A stretch of 64,000 nt of DNA from an uncultured Gammaproteobacteria bacterium (GTDB lineage: Bacteria > Patescibacteriota > Microgenomatia > Levybacterales > UBA12049), in assembly GCA_965230895.1 (NCBI GenBank), contig OZ246394.1, positions 1,057,887 through 1,121,886 on the forward strand, in the 5' to 3' direction. Every line of letters starts with the position of its first letter. Position 1 is the stretch's first letter. The notes under the pieces are model-generated. The model was not told the origin of the DNA. It searched no databases and saw nothing but the letters and a program-made list of their open reading frames with translations. Positions 47,373 to 57,500 of this stretch are shown here, in pieces. The position numbers and the translations under genes are program-made.

Positions 47373-48200
47373 TTAAGGCAAAATATATAAATCCTGATTG
47401 TATCCACCAACCCCAACAAATTCCGCTTCTTTCCGGATAATAGCTTCAAATGGACGACAAGAGAAACAACCACCTTTTGGACATATATATTCACCGTTCA
47501 TCCTGGCATTCTTTACCTTTTTTGCTGTTTCCAAAACAATCGTATGAGCATCTTCAAGAGAAGGCAGCTTTACAGAGATCGGATCATTATCCCTATCTAA
47601 GTACCAATAGCTACCTTTTGTAGCTTTACGCTTTTGGCAATTGGCAACGATTAATGCATAAATCGGCAATTGTAATGATGCTGCTGATTCATCATTTTTA
47701 CCGGTTTTAAAATCAATAATATGGACACTATCGTCTTCAGGGAGATATTCCAACCAATCAATCTTACCGCAGAGGATTATATTCTCTTCTTCAGAAATAT
47801 AATAATTAGGAAGTTCTTTCTGGATTTTTATAGCTTTATTAAGAAGAGGTCCAGGACTGTCCATCACACGTTGCAGCATTTTGGCGCCACGATCTTTCAC
47901 ATATGCTTCTTGCTCATCATTATTGAAACCGCCCATTTTGCCTGACACTTTTTCCCAAGCTTTTTCATATGCATCATGGAGAGACACTGCAAATCGCTGC
48001 TCAACAGGCAAAAGAGAAAGTGCTTCAAGGACTTCATGCACACTTTGTCCTAGGGCCAAAGAAGGATTAATAATATTTACTTTATGTCGAGTATGTGGAT
48101 CTTTATACACATTACGCAGATAATATAATCGTGGACAATTAACAAAATCTGCCATTGATGAATTACTTACCCAAACTGCTGAGAACTTATCTTGTGCCAT
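47373..48200 (-). CDS. standalone Cas4-like / RecB-family PD-(D/E)xK nuclease with 4-Cys Fe-S motif (DUF83-like)
   Basis: N-terminal CPRLYYLRNVY; core HIIDFKTGK; C-terminal CPKGGCFSCRP - the Cas4/AddB arrangement of one N-terminal and three C-terminal Cys. Confidence 0.6.
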   Translation of the reverse strand: MAQDKFSAVWVSNSSMADFVNCPRLYYLRNVYKDPHTRHKVNIINPSLALGQSVHEVLEALSLLPVEQRFAVSLHDAYEKAWEKVSGKMGGFNNDEQEAYVKDRGAKMLQRVMDSPGPLLNKAIKIQKELPNYYISEEENIILCGKIDWLEYLPEDDSVHIIDFKTGKNDESAASLQLPIYALIVANCQKRKATKGSYWYLDRDNDPISVKLPSLEDAHTIVLETAKKVKNARMNGEYICPKGGCFSCRPFEAIIRKEAEFVGVGGYNQDLYILP

Positions 48201-48290
48201 ACGGAAGTTATTATATACTTCTAATTTTAGAATTTCTAGCGAAGCAGAATCTTTACAAAACTTACTGAATCAACATGCTATACTATAAAT

Positions 48291-48647
48291 ATGGCTGACG
48301 ATCAAAAGCTCAAAATTGAAGATATCAAAGTCGGAACAGGAGCAGAAGTAAAAGACGGAGATCATGTTGTTATCCATTACACAGGATGGCTTGAAGAGCC
48401 ACAAGGTTCAGGCAAGCAAGGAAAGAAGTTTGATAGTTCAGTTGACCGTGGAACTCCATTTGAAACTCCAATTGGGGTGGGCTACGTTATCAAAGGATGG
48501 GATGAAGGTGTCGTCGGTATGAAAGTTGGCGGTAAAAGAAAGCTCATCATTCCTCATGAATTAGGATATGGTAAATACGGCGCAGGTTCTGACATCCCGG
48601 GATTTGCTACACTTATCTTTGAAGTAGAACTCCTCGATATTAAATAA
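48291..48647 (+). CDS. FKBP-type peptidyl-prolyl cis-trans isomerase (cytoplasmic paralog)
   Basis: GDHVVIHYTGWL...KFDSSVDRGTPFETPIGVGYVIKGWDEGVVGMKVGGKRKLIIPHELGYG; shares near-identical blocks with the FKBP at 41906. Confidence 0.75.
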   Translation: MADDQKLKIEDIKVGTGAEVKDGDHVVIHYTGWLEEPQGSGKQGKKFDSSVDRGTPFETPIGVGYVIKGWDEGVVGMKVGGKRKLIIPHELGYGKYGAGSDIPGFATLIFEVELLDIK

Positions 48648-48655
48648 TTCTACAT

Positions 48656-48946
48656 ATGGTGAAATACAAACAACAAGTTGCAGACATGCTTTCCGCTCAT
48701 GAAGAAATCTTTAAAGAATTTAAAAAACTTCATGACAAGTATGCCGAAGATCCTAAAAAGTATCAGGAAGAATTTAATGAAAAAGGATTAGAAATTCAGG
48801 CTATTCTCCGTCGCTGGGAAAATAATCTTTGCGGCAAATCAGAATCAGGAAGATACGGAAAATTCTCAAGTAGTTTAGCGGATAAATTTCGTGAAGAAGT
48901 AAAAGTTCATTTTCCGAAGATTGATAATATCGGAATGCTTCAATAG
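48656..48946 (+). CDS. hypothetical protein
   Basis: 96-aa charged helical ORF directly after FKBP. Confidence 0.3.
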   Translation: MVKYKQQVADMLSAHEEIFKEFKKLHDKYAEDPKKYQEEFNEKGLEIQAILRRWENNLCGKSESGRYGKFSSSLADKFREEVKVHFPKIDNIGMLQ

Positions 48947-49281
48947 TTATTTGTTAAATAACTTTCTCAATTCAAATCTTGTTTGTTCTAACACTCTTTT
49001 TCTATTTGCTGGAAGGTTGCGGCCAGTACGATTGATTTGAAAATTTAACATACTCATTGCTGATTGAAATGGCTCAGAAGTAGGCTTTGATTGAATAAGC
49101 GCAGAATGTTTTAAAGAAGCAGCAATTCGCTTTGGATTAGTCCAAGAGAAAATGCTTGGTTTTGGATCTAGAGCATCACTAACCATAACACTTCTATTTA
49201 TACCAATGATGTATGAGGATTATGTAAGAGTTCGCCAAAATTGACATTGAACTCTTATTGTGGAATGCTATTTAAAATCCC

Positions 49282-49878
49282 ATGACTATTCTGGAACATA
49301 ACAAGGATATACTCATTATTGGAGCTGATACGAGAAAAACAGCTATCACGATACTTCTTGGGTTTATAATGCTTGGTTGGATAGTTTTTACCCTTCTGAC
49401 TAGTTCCCCGTTTTTCATGCATGAGCGTATTATCCCGGTTGCAACAGGAATAATAATTATCATGTCTTTTTGTATGGCTTATTATTTTTACAGAGTATTT
49501 GGCAAACTAAGCTACATTTTTGACAGGAAGAACAGAACTTTAACCATCATTACTTCTACAATTTTAGGTTCGAAGGAGCAGAAGTATCAATTGGATCATA
49601 TTCAAAGTATCGAAGAAAGAATTATTCCCACGTATGCGTACCATGGTCATGCAGACCTTTCATCTGATGCATACCATACAGCTAAGAACGAAAACTATTA
49701 CACAACTGTTGTATTACATCTCAGCAGAAAAGAATTAAACCTTGTTCCAAATGCAGCGTACTTTTTTCTTCATCCTTTTAACCATTTAACGGATGCTGTT
49801 GATAATGGACTGGGGAAAACACTAGCAAACTTTCTGAAAATTCCATTCGTAAAGCAAAAACAGCCAATAAAAAGCTAG
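49282..49878 (+). CDS. hypothetical membrane protein
   Basis: 2 TM segments then a soluble domain; ATG start. Confidence 0.35.
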   Translation: MTILEHNKDILIIGADTRKTAITILLGFIMLGWIVFTLLTSSPFFMHERIIPVATGIIIIMSFCMAYYFYRVFGKLSYIFDRKNRTLTIITSTILGSKEQKYQLDHIQSIEERIIPTYAYHGHADLSSDAYHTAKNENYYTTVVLHLSRKELNLVPNAAYFFLHPFNHLTDAVDNGLGKTLANFLKIPFVKQKQPIKS

Positions 49879-50402
49879 TTAAATAATGTTGCAATCAAGT
49901 TTTGTAATGAAGCTATTTCTGATTGAATAAATGCACCAATCATACTATCTTTATCTTTCATCCGTTGCTTCACTTGAGATTGCATTTCCTCAACTTTTTC
50001 TTCGACCTTCGCTATTTTCTTTTCAACTTCAGGATTTTGCGTAATTGTTGGTTCAGATAATGTTGGTGTTGGATTTTCCTTATTTGTAATTATTGGTGAG
50101 ACTTCAACTTTTGCACCAGAATTATTTACTTCGACTTTTGTAGAACCGTCTTCTGATTGATAGTTCACATCCTCATTCGTAGTTGTGCATTTACCGTTAA
50201 TACAAACTGTAGATGTGCTTTCTCCACCAGTAGTGGTACATTTGCCATTTTGACAAATCGTGGAAGTGCCCGTACTTTCTGAATTTACATTGACTTGAGA
50301 AGATCCTTCACTATTTGAGACTTGTACATTGACTTCTGCAAACGCAGGCGAAGGAATAAGGAGCAAACTGAAAGTACTGATAAGTATGGCAGTTCTTTTC
50401 AT
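49875..50402 (-). CDS. secreted protein with duplicated Cys-containing motif (C-x-NGKCTTT) and C-terminal coiled coil
   Basis: Start set to ATG 50402 (MKRTAILISTFSLLLIPSPAFA signal peptide). Carries ICQNGKCTTTGGESTSTVCINGKCTTTN. Confidence 0.4.
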   Translation of the reverse strand: MKRTAILISTFSLLLIPSPAFAEVNVQVSNSEGSSQVNVNSESTGTSTICQNGKCTTTGGESTSTVCINGKCTTTNEDVNYQSEDGSTKVEVNNSGAKVEVSPIITNKENPTPTLSEPTITQNPEVEKKIAKVEEKVEEMQSQVKQRMKDKDSMIGAFIQSEIASLQNLIATLFN

Positions 50403-50483
50403 ATATTTAATATATCCAACTATAACAGCAACTTTTTCATTTTGCAAATTTGACTATGAATACGATATAATCGTATTGATTCC

Positions 50484-51047
50484 ATGAGTACATCATCTCA
50501 AAGGGTTAACACAAATCACTTCTCCACGGAAAAGTTTCCGGAAGTTATTGCCTTTTGTGAAAGAGATGATAGTAGCCATGTTACCGCTGCAACTGAAGAA
50601 AGCTATACATATACCCTCAACGGACAAACAATCTATACTCTTAAAAAGGTGCATTCGCAATGGGAGTTAATGGAAATGAATGGCAAAAACGTTGTACGAG
50701 TCAGTACTGGAAAAAGTCTTGGCATGGTACTCTGGCATGCGCTCAGATTTTCAGAAGCTGATAAAGGGAAACAAGAAGAACGAGTAAATATATTATTACC
50801 TGTTGCAAAAGCCGATCTCGAGAAAGCGTTGGCATTCATGTATTATTACGGTGGATACCCAGGAAATTTCCTTGAGCACACACCAGAACTTGATGCAATT
50901 ATGGATCGTTTTGTTGATCCAAATATCACCATCCTTTCCTATTCATACGTACCGGTGACACACCTTGATTGGCTTCGGGAGATACTAAAAACAGATGGAC
51001 TTATTCCTGAAGGCGCAACAAATACGTTGTGGATTTATAAAAAGTAA
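50484..51047 (+). CDS. hypothetical protein
   Basis: 187-aa ORF, no recognised motif. Confidence 0.35.
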   Translation: MSTSSQRVNTNHFSTEKFPEVIAFCERDDSSHVTAATEESYTYTLNGQTIYTLKKVHSQWELMEMNGKNVVRVSTGKSLGMVLWHALRFSEADKGKQEERVNILLPVAKADLEKALAFMYYYGGYPGNFLEHTPELDAIMDRFVDPNITILSYSYVPVTHLDWLREILKTDGLIPEGATNTLWIYKK

Positions 51048-51063
51048 ATGTTATAATACCTCA

Positions 51064-51648
51064 ATGGCCCAACCCTCTGTGGAACAAACCTCCGGCCTTG
51101 AAGAACAAGCTTTACTTATCGCTGGAGAAATTTTCAACCTTATCAATCAATACACACATGACAGCACCGTCTCAAAATTCTTCTTAACAGATGACGTTGC
51201 AAACGCATGCTATGGTTTAGCTGCAGGATTTACAGCGGTTGTATATACTCCAGCACTTGATCCGGAAGAGACAGTTGATTGTGCATTACTGTCATTCTTA
51301 TATGCACTTATGACATATGGGTTTAATATTTATTTGAAAGAACGATCCCTCCGAACAAATGCTGCACCATATCGTATGCCAGTTGATATGAAAGTAATTA
51401 AAAAAGCGCAGAAAATAACATTGGGAAAGACTTCCAAAGGAAACCTTGTATCGACCCCTTTGGCTGATAAAATTATCGCGATTATCATGGAAAATATCGA
51501 GCATCAGATGGATATGGATGAATTCCATATCGCAAAGCATCGTACGAATAAAACAAAATTCTGGAACTATTCTAAATTGTCTTTATATTGGGGTTATAAC
51601 TTTGCCGAAGCGCTTCTTGAACCAAAGAGGAAATTGAAAAAAGACTAA
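51064..51648 (+). CDS. hypothetical protein
   Basis: Start set to ATG 51064 (MAQPSVEQTSG); the track start lies inside the previous gene. Confidence 0.35.
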   Translation: MAQPSVEQTSGLEEQALLIAGEIFNLINQYTHDSTVSKFFLTDDVANACYGLAAGFTAVVYTPALDPEETVDCALLSFLYALMTYGFNIYLKERSLRTNAAPYRMPVDMKVIKKAQKITLGKTSKGNLVSTPLADKIIAIIMENIEHQMDMDEFHIAKHRTNKTKFWNYSKLSLYWGYNFAEALLEPKRKLKKD

Positions 51649-52760
51649 ACAGTTTTAATCTTTTCCCAAGGGAATTCGTCACGGCCAAAGTGACCATATG
51701 CAGCTGTCTTACTATAGATTGGTCGAGCCAAATCCAATGCTTCTATAATACCCTTCACAGAAGTATCAATAAGTTTGTCTTTAAACGCATGAAGATCTTC
51801 CTCACTAACTTTTGCAGTACCAAATGTTTCAATTGTTTGCATCAACGGACGAGGTTGTCCGATAACGTATGCCAAACCAACTTCACATTTTTCTGCAAGT
51901 CCAGCTGCTACAATATTTTTTGCGATATAACGAGCTGCATAAGCACCACTTCGATCAACTTTACTTGGATCTTTACCACTAAATGCTCCTCCACCAACTC
52001 TTGCGTATCCACCATAAGTATCAACAACGATCTTTCGTCCAGTCAGACCAGCATCAGATTCAGGCCCTGGGATGTGCCAGAGTCCTGTACCGTTGACGAT
52101 AATATCTTTATCTTCTGGAAGAGCGAGTTGGTATTTTTCAAGAACTGGCGTAAAGATTGATTTAATAACATCTGCGCGAACTTGTTCTGCACTTACATCT
52201 TCACTGTGTGCCACTGCCGCAACAAGCTTTTCAACAGCAACAGGCTTATCATCTTCATAACGAACTGTAACTTGTGCTTTTCCATCTGGACGTAACCAAG
52301 GAAGTTCTTTGGTTTCTCGTGCTTCATCGATTCTTCTTGAGAGTGCATGTGCGAGAGTAATTGGGAGAGGCATAAGTTCAGGGGTTTCATTGCAAGCATA
52401 ACCAAACATCATACCCTGGTCACCTGCACCATCTTGATCGACTCCCATAGCGATTTCAGGAGATTGTGCATGAACATTATCAAAGAACGCTGATTCCTGA
52501 CTGAATCCCCATGCAGGAACGGTGTAGCCAAGTTTTTCAATTGTGTCGCGTACTATCTTTTCAAAATCTACTTGAGCTGTTGATTTAATCTCTCCGAAAA
52601 GACTTATTTGGTTTGCCCCTGCTACCGTTTCGACTCCAGCACGGGAATGAGGATCTTGTGCCAAAAGAGCATCGACAATTGCATCACTGATTTGATCGCA
52701 AATCTTGTCAGGATGTCCTGCACAAACTGATTCTGATGTAAATAATGTTGTTTTAGCCAT
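51645..52760 (-). CDS. metK: S-adenosylmethionine synthetase
   Basis: SESVCAGHPDKICDQISDAIVDA, GAGDQGMMFGYA, and a C-terminal DRSGAYAARYIAKNIVAAGLA-like block; bacterial MetK. Confidence 0.85.
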   Translation of the reverse strand: MAKTTLFTSESVCAGHPDKICDQISDAIVDALLAQDPHSRAGVETVAGANQISLFGEIKSTAQVDFEKIVRDTIEKLGYTVPAWGFSQESAFFDNVHAQSPEIAMGVDQDGAGDQGMMFGYACNETPELMPLPITLAHALSRRIDEARETKELPWLRPDGKAQVTVRYEDDKPVAVEKLVAAVAHSEDVSAEQVRADVIKSIFTPVLEKYQLALPEDKDIIVNGTGLWHIPGPESDAGLTGRKIVVDTYGGYARVGGGAFSGKDPSKVDRSGAYAARYIAKNIVAAGLAEKCEVGLAYVIGQPRPLMQTIETFGTAKVSEEDLHAFKDKLIDTSVKGIIEALDLARPIYSKTAAYGHFGRDEFPWEKIKTV

Positions 52761-52892
52761 AAAAAAATCCCTCTGTCACAAGGGATTGCTATTGTTTTTG
52801 CCCTTGAGACCACATCTCTCCTTTTTTGGAGACTGGCACCCGCAAACATGAGGGTTGCCGGTTCGCAAAAGCGAACTCTCTTGATGTACCTG
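52761..52892 (-). promoter_or_regulatory. candidate SAM-I-clan (SAM-I / SAM-IV-like) riboswitch in the metK leader, with an SD-sequestering hairpin
   Basis: Minus-strand RNA: GGUACAUCAAGAGAG-uucgcuuuugcgaa-CCGGCAACC-cucauguuugcgg-GUGCCAGUCUCC-aaaaaa-GGAGAGAUGUG. It keeps the SAM-I blocks AUCAAGAG.G, GGCAACC, GGUGCCAnUCC and AGAGAUG, with P1 as UACAUC/GAUGUG, but P3 is replaced by a short hairpin. It is followed by AAUCCCUUGUGACAGAGGGAUUUUUUU-AUG, whose 3' half contains the AGGGA Shine-Dalgarno. Confidence 0.45.
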
Positions 52893-52923
52893 TATTATGC
52901 CATAAATGAAGAGAAGTTTCAAG

Positions 52924-53952
52924 CTATGAGGCTAAAGATTCTTTTAGGCTCTTATTCTTTTTCTGTTCACGCACCATAGCATAATTTATAACAAATAATA
53001 TAAAGACATTTGCACCAAGAGCTCCAATCTCATACCATTGCAACCGCATTAAAGCGAAGAACTGCGTTAGGAAGATTGTTATGAGCATTGCTATACGGAA
53101 GTAGCGAAATGCTTCATATCGAGAGATTCTTAGCGCAAATAGACCAATCAAAACGAAAGCTCCTGCAAGTATCGATGAGTACAATTGTCCTGTTTCGCTA
53201 AAAGGTAGTACAGGTTTCTGAATAAAAAGCAGGATAGACATAGTAAATATCCAAGCTGTTTGAATCGTGAGAAAAATAATAACTAAATTCGTAATAAACC
53301 CAGACTTAGCAATACGATAGTAATAAATACGGAGCATTTGCCGAAACCGGGTAAAGAAACCAGGTTTTGGAGTAGGAACAACATCTAAATCCTGTAATAG
53401 CTTTTTTAAAGCAATAACGATCGGATTTTTAGGATCACATTTACGCAAATATTCTGCAGCTCGCTTTTCCTCTTCTTTATCAAAATCATTAATCGCTGAT
53501 TCTTTAATCATTTCAATAGCATTGACGAGATATTCACGTTGGGAAATTTCTCTATACCGCGGAATAAAACGAGATATCAAGAACAGTAAAACAAAAATAA
53601 TATAAATAAGGGAAATCGTTGGTTGAAAGAAATAATTATTATCTTTTGTTACAAACTTGCCTAATTCATCGATAAACGCTCCAAATCCAATACCTCCCAG
53701 GACTGCTGCAACCGATGCTGCCTTTTGGCTCATAAATGATAATAAGATAAAAAGCGCAGCCATCATAAAGAATCCTCCCCATAACATGTGCGCTATATGA
53801 AAAGCTCCACCACCAAGTTGTGGATAATTGGTTAATTCAAGAAATATGCGGATAACAAACACACTGACGACGGCTGAAACCAAAAAGTTTTCTCTATAGG
53901 AATCTGCATCTATATTTCGGATAAATAAGTCTTTTATAACCATTTTCGACAT
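52924..53952 (-). CDS. hypothetical polytopic membrane protein
   Basis: About 8 TM segments. Start is uncertain (ATG 53952 MSKMVIKD chosen); the track start at 54033 overlaps the divergent gene. Confidence 0.4.
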   Translation of the reverse strand: MSKMVIKDLFIRNIDADSYRENFLVSAVVSVFVIRIFLELTNYPQLGGGAFHIAHMLWGGFFMMAALFILLSFMSQKAASVAAVLGGIGFGAFIDELGKFVTKDNNYFFQPTISLIYIIFVLLFLISRFIPRYREISQREYLVNAIEMIKESAINDFDKEEEKRAAEYLRKCDPKNPIVIALKKLLQDLDVVPTPKPGFFTRFRQMLRIYYYRIAKSGFITNLVIIFLTIQTAWIFTMSILLFIQKPVLPFSETGQLYSSILAGAFVLIGLFALRISRYEAFRYFRIAMLITIFLTQFFALMRLQWYEIGALGANVFILFVINYAMVREQKKNKSLKESLAS

Positions 53953-54000
53953 TTGTATTATAGCATTCCGAACCTCAACAACATGTGATACAGTAAAGAT

Positions 54001-54495
54001 ATGGCAGAACAAGTTGAAGTACACCATCACCAATTACGCAACTGGCTTTTACTCTTGATGCTCGCTTTTGTAGCATTAGTCGGACTTGCGCTTTCTATCC
54101 AGCGACCACAAGCCCTCTCCTCTATTCCGTTTTTCGCGCCGACTGCTACGCCAACACCACTTGCTTCTCAAAATATTACGGTGACATCGCCAAAAGCCAA
54201 TGAACAAGTGAGTCAACTTTTTACAGTGACAGGCCGAGCAAGAGTATTCGAGAATGTGGTTATGGTCCGTTTGAAAGAAAAACTTTCAGGAAAAGTCGTC
54301 GGAGAAGTACCTGTTACAACAAATGCAACAGATATGGGACAATATGGAGACTTTGATACAGGTATTCAATTGAATGATCCAAATCTTCGTGTAGGAACAG
54401 AATTTATCGTTGAAGTGTTCCAATATTCCGCTAAAGATGGAGCAGAGATTGATAAGGTATCCATACCTGTGACATTTACTCCTGTAGGCGAATAA
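54001..54495 (+). CDS. membrane-anchored protein with immunoglobulin-like (Gmad2-like) domain
   Basis: His-rich N-terminus, TM anchor, then ITVTSPKANEQVSQLFTVTGRARVFENVVMVRLKE... beta-sandwich-like. Confidence 0.4.
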   Translation: MAEQVEVHHHQLRNWLLLLMLAFVALVGLALSIQRPQALSSIPFFAPTATPTPLASQNITVTSPKANEQVSQLFTVTGRARVFENVVMVRLKEKLSGKVVGEVPVTTNATDMGQYGDFDTGIQLNDPNLRVGTEFIVEVFQYSAKDGAEIDKVSIPVTFTPVGE

Positions 54496-54534
54496 TATTT
54501 TGCCTGGCCTGCGTAATTACGCTACTATAGTAGT

Positions 54535-57500
54535 ATGGCCGAATTCGACCCAAGTCCTGATGTCAAAGAATTAGCTGGAAAGTCCGATGAGACAGACCCA
54601 GCATTAAAAGCAAAAACAAGAGTTGCGGAATTGGTCGCTCCATCCGAAAGTGTAGCAAAAGAGATACAAGATCTTGCTCAAAAAGGCGGCCAAGAACTGC
54701 TCAAAAAACATCCTCATCCAGAGATGAAGAGAATTGTGGAACATGCCACAGGTGTTTTCCTTTGGGAACAAATGGCCCGACCTCAGAACTCCGAATCAAT
54801 GCTTCCTCCTGGATTAGTAGCGCGACTCGATGAAAATAATACGATTGACACACTTGCATTTGATGGAGAACACTTACATCGATCTGAGTATGTTTATGTC
54901 CTTGATTTCCTGAAAAAACAAGGAATCGTTGACCAAATTAATGGGCTTCAAAAAAAGCATCGAGAAGAAAAGAGAGCGGATATCATTGAGGCTATGGATG
55001 AATATTTACAACACTCTCCTGCTGCAAGGCTACTTGAAACCTTTATGGTCACCACAGACAAACAATCTGGCAACGGAAGAAACTTACGAGACCTTACAGA
55101 TGCCGAAGAAACAAGATTACGTGCGCAACTTGAGGGGAATTTCCAGGCAAATATTGTTCCCGGCATGCTTGCTGAAATAAATAGCAATTCAGGCGATACC
55201 CATTCGATAAACGCATCGAATGGTGAATTCCAACGTGATCCATCAGTACAATTTGCAAAGAATACTTTCATAGAGAAACCTTTAGCAATGGCCGCAACGC
55301 AAGATCATGATCATACGCATGAGAATAACCAAGAGAAAGGTGTTTCAAGGGCAAGATTACGAGAATATCTTAATCAAGAATTTTTTCTTAAAAGAGTAGG
55401 TCTAGCCCCTACAGAATTAGCGAATATCCATGTGGTTGAAGAGTCAAGAGGTTTCAAAACGATCCATATTAAAGACCCTAATGGAGAGAAGCGTTATGAT
55501 GCTGGCGCTTGGTTTTATTTTGTTGAGGAACAAATGAAGGCTCTCAATGATACTTCTTATGACGTGCCGAGAGAATATTCACGCATCGCATTTCAAATTA
55601 TCGGGTTATCGCTTTATGACAAAACCGACACTCGGGATCCAAATACGATAATTGCCGCAGGATATCATAAAGCAGCGACCGTCTTTGCAGATTATGTCGA
55701 CCAACAATATGTACCGCTCCATGAACGGAGCACTCATCACTACGACCATTCTATTCATGGACTTCTTTGGCTTAATAATGCTGCAACGCCACTCCAGGAT
55801 GGTGAGCCCGTACGCAATGAAAGGATAGGATATGATAGTGGATTTTATACAAGCTCCTCATCAGTAGAAATTGACAGTGCTTATGAATTAGATAAGAAAC
55901 AACGTTGGCCTGCTGGAACGATAAAACATATTTCAGATGACACGTTACTTGAAATTCCACGTATAATTACCAAAAACTATGCTCGCAATAAGGATCTTCC
56001 ACTTGTTCCTACTGAACATACAGACTTCGTATTAGAATCGCAAACTGAATCAATCGCAAGGTCTGCAGGAACTGGATGGACAGATTCGGGTGATCCTGAG
56101 ATTCCAGGAATGAAACTTGTGGCGAGAGATGGAAGTACATGCTATTTTACCGTCGATGAAGAAAAAGACCCTTATGAACCAAGTCCCAAAGAACTTTCGT
56201 ACATCCAAAGACGACTTGTATCCGACTTTTGTCAGGAAATCGGGATGACCGGACTTTCGGAGCAAATTGATTCTTTCGATACACTTAACATTGGGCAGAT
56301 GGTAAGTCTGCTTCGACAAAATGTGCGATATTTCGTCCCTGAAGCTAACGTCTCTGAGCGAAATGGGATTAGAGATTGGAAGGCATACGTCCGTGAAGAT
56401 GGAATCTTGGAGGGCCAATCGCTTCTTTTTGCACAATTCGCTACAAAAGTTTTTGGCATAATGTATCCAAATCCTGATTGGAAGGATTCTATAAAAAGTG
56501 TTTCGGGATTTGCGGTAGATAACAGAAAGAACGTGCGGGATTTTAGCCATTGGCAAACAGAGATAAAATTACCTCGCGAAGAAATCGATATCATTATTGA
56601 TATCTCTCCTCCATTTACATCACTATTGGACACTGCAAAAGATGTAGAAAAGATCCCACCCCCACCGCCTCCTACGGTGGATCTGCCTCGTACTGAAACG
56701 ACACGAACATATGAATATGTGGACCATCGACAAGAGCTTACGGTAACCTCAAGCAAAGAATTCAAAGAATTACTCAACACCACAATTGGGAATATTCTTT
56801 TTGCAGAACCAGAAGTATTTGCTGAGACAAAACAGCGACTCTTTTCAAAAGTTCCAAAAAATGACGACCTCCCTACTTATGAAGCTTTACCCCCAGAAGT
56901 CGCAGACGCAGTTGTCCTAGGAATAGCAAATAAAGGTACTGACTTAGCCGATAACGACCATGATCCTGCTATTGCAGGTATGAAATTAGTCGCAAAAGAT
57001 GGAGATAATTATTTTTATACCATTGATCCTGAAAGTACTGATTATAAACCAGTACTCGAACCTATCCCTACGCAGATGCGCAACGAATTAACTGTCACCT
57101 GCCTCAAACTTAAAATGGCTGGACTTGCTGAAGAGATACAGACCGCAGAAAATCTCACTGTCGAAAAATTGAGACAACTGGTGCGACGATACTCTAAGTA
57201 TTCCATCCCTGAAGACGGAGACAAAGCTTTCCGCGCTGATAATATCTTTGATCTTAAATATAACGATATGATTGACGAAGATGGGATTCTTAGAGGGCAA
57301 TGTGACACTTTTGAATTCTTCTGGCGACGATTAGGAAGAGTTTTTGATGGTACTTCAAGCTTTGATCAAGAAAGTGGTTTTTCGCTAAGAAATACACCTC
57401 GGATATCCAAAGCAAGGCATGGACAAACAAGAATGAAAAAGGATGGAGTAAATGCCTTAATTGACGTGGATCCACTCCACTACGATATACCAGACCTTGA

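Noticed and set aside
47230-47373. 47-aa plus-strand ORF (MHRPLHPITEMLIREIKEVRTLIADVQDKLANVDIDEEIRKSAKEKKA) between two minus-strand nuclease genes
   Set aside because: Coiled-coil-like and plausible as a small protein, but its start overlaps the start codon of the opposite-strand gene and it is below any reliable length threshold. Left as unconfirmed.
52770-52900. Alternative reading of the metK leader as a plain rho-independent terminator of the upstream membrane gene
   Set aside because: The upstream gene (52924-53952) is on the same minus strand and ends before this region, so a terminator-antiterminator riboswitch is still compatible. The conserved SAM-I sequence blocks are more specific than a generic hairpin, so the riboswitch interpretation is retained, with modest confidence.
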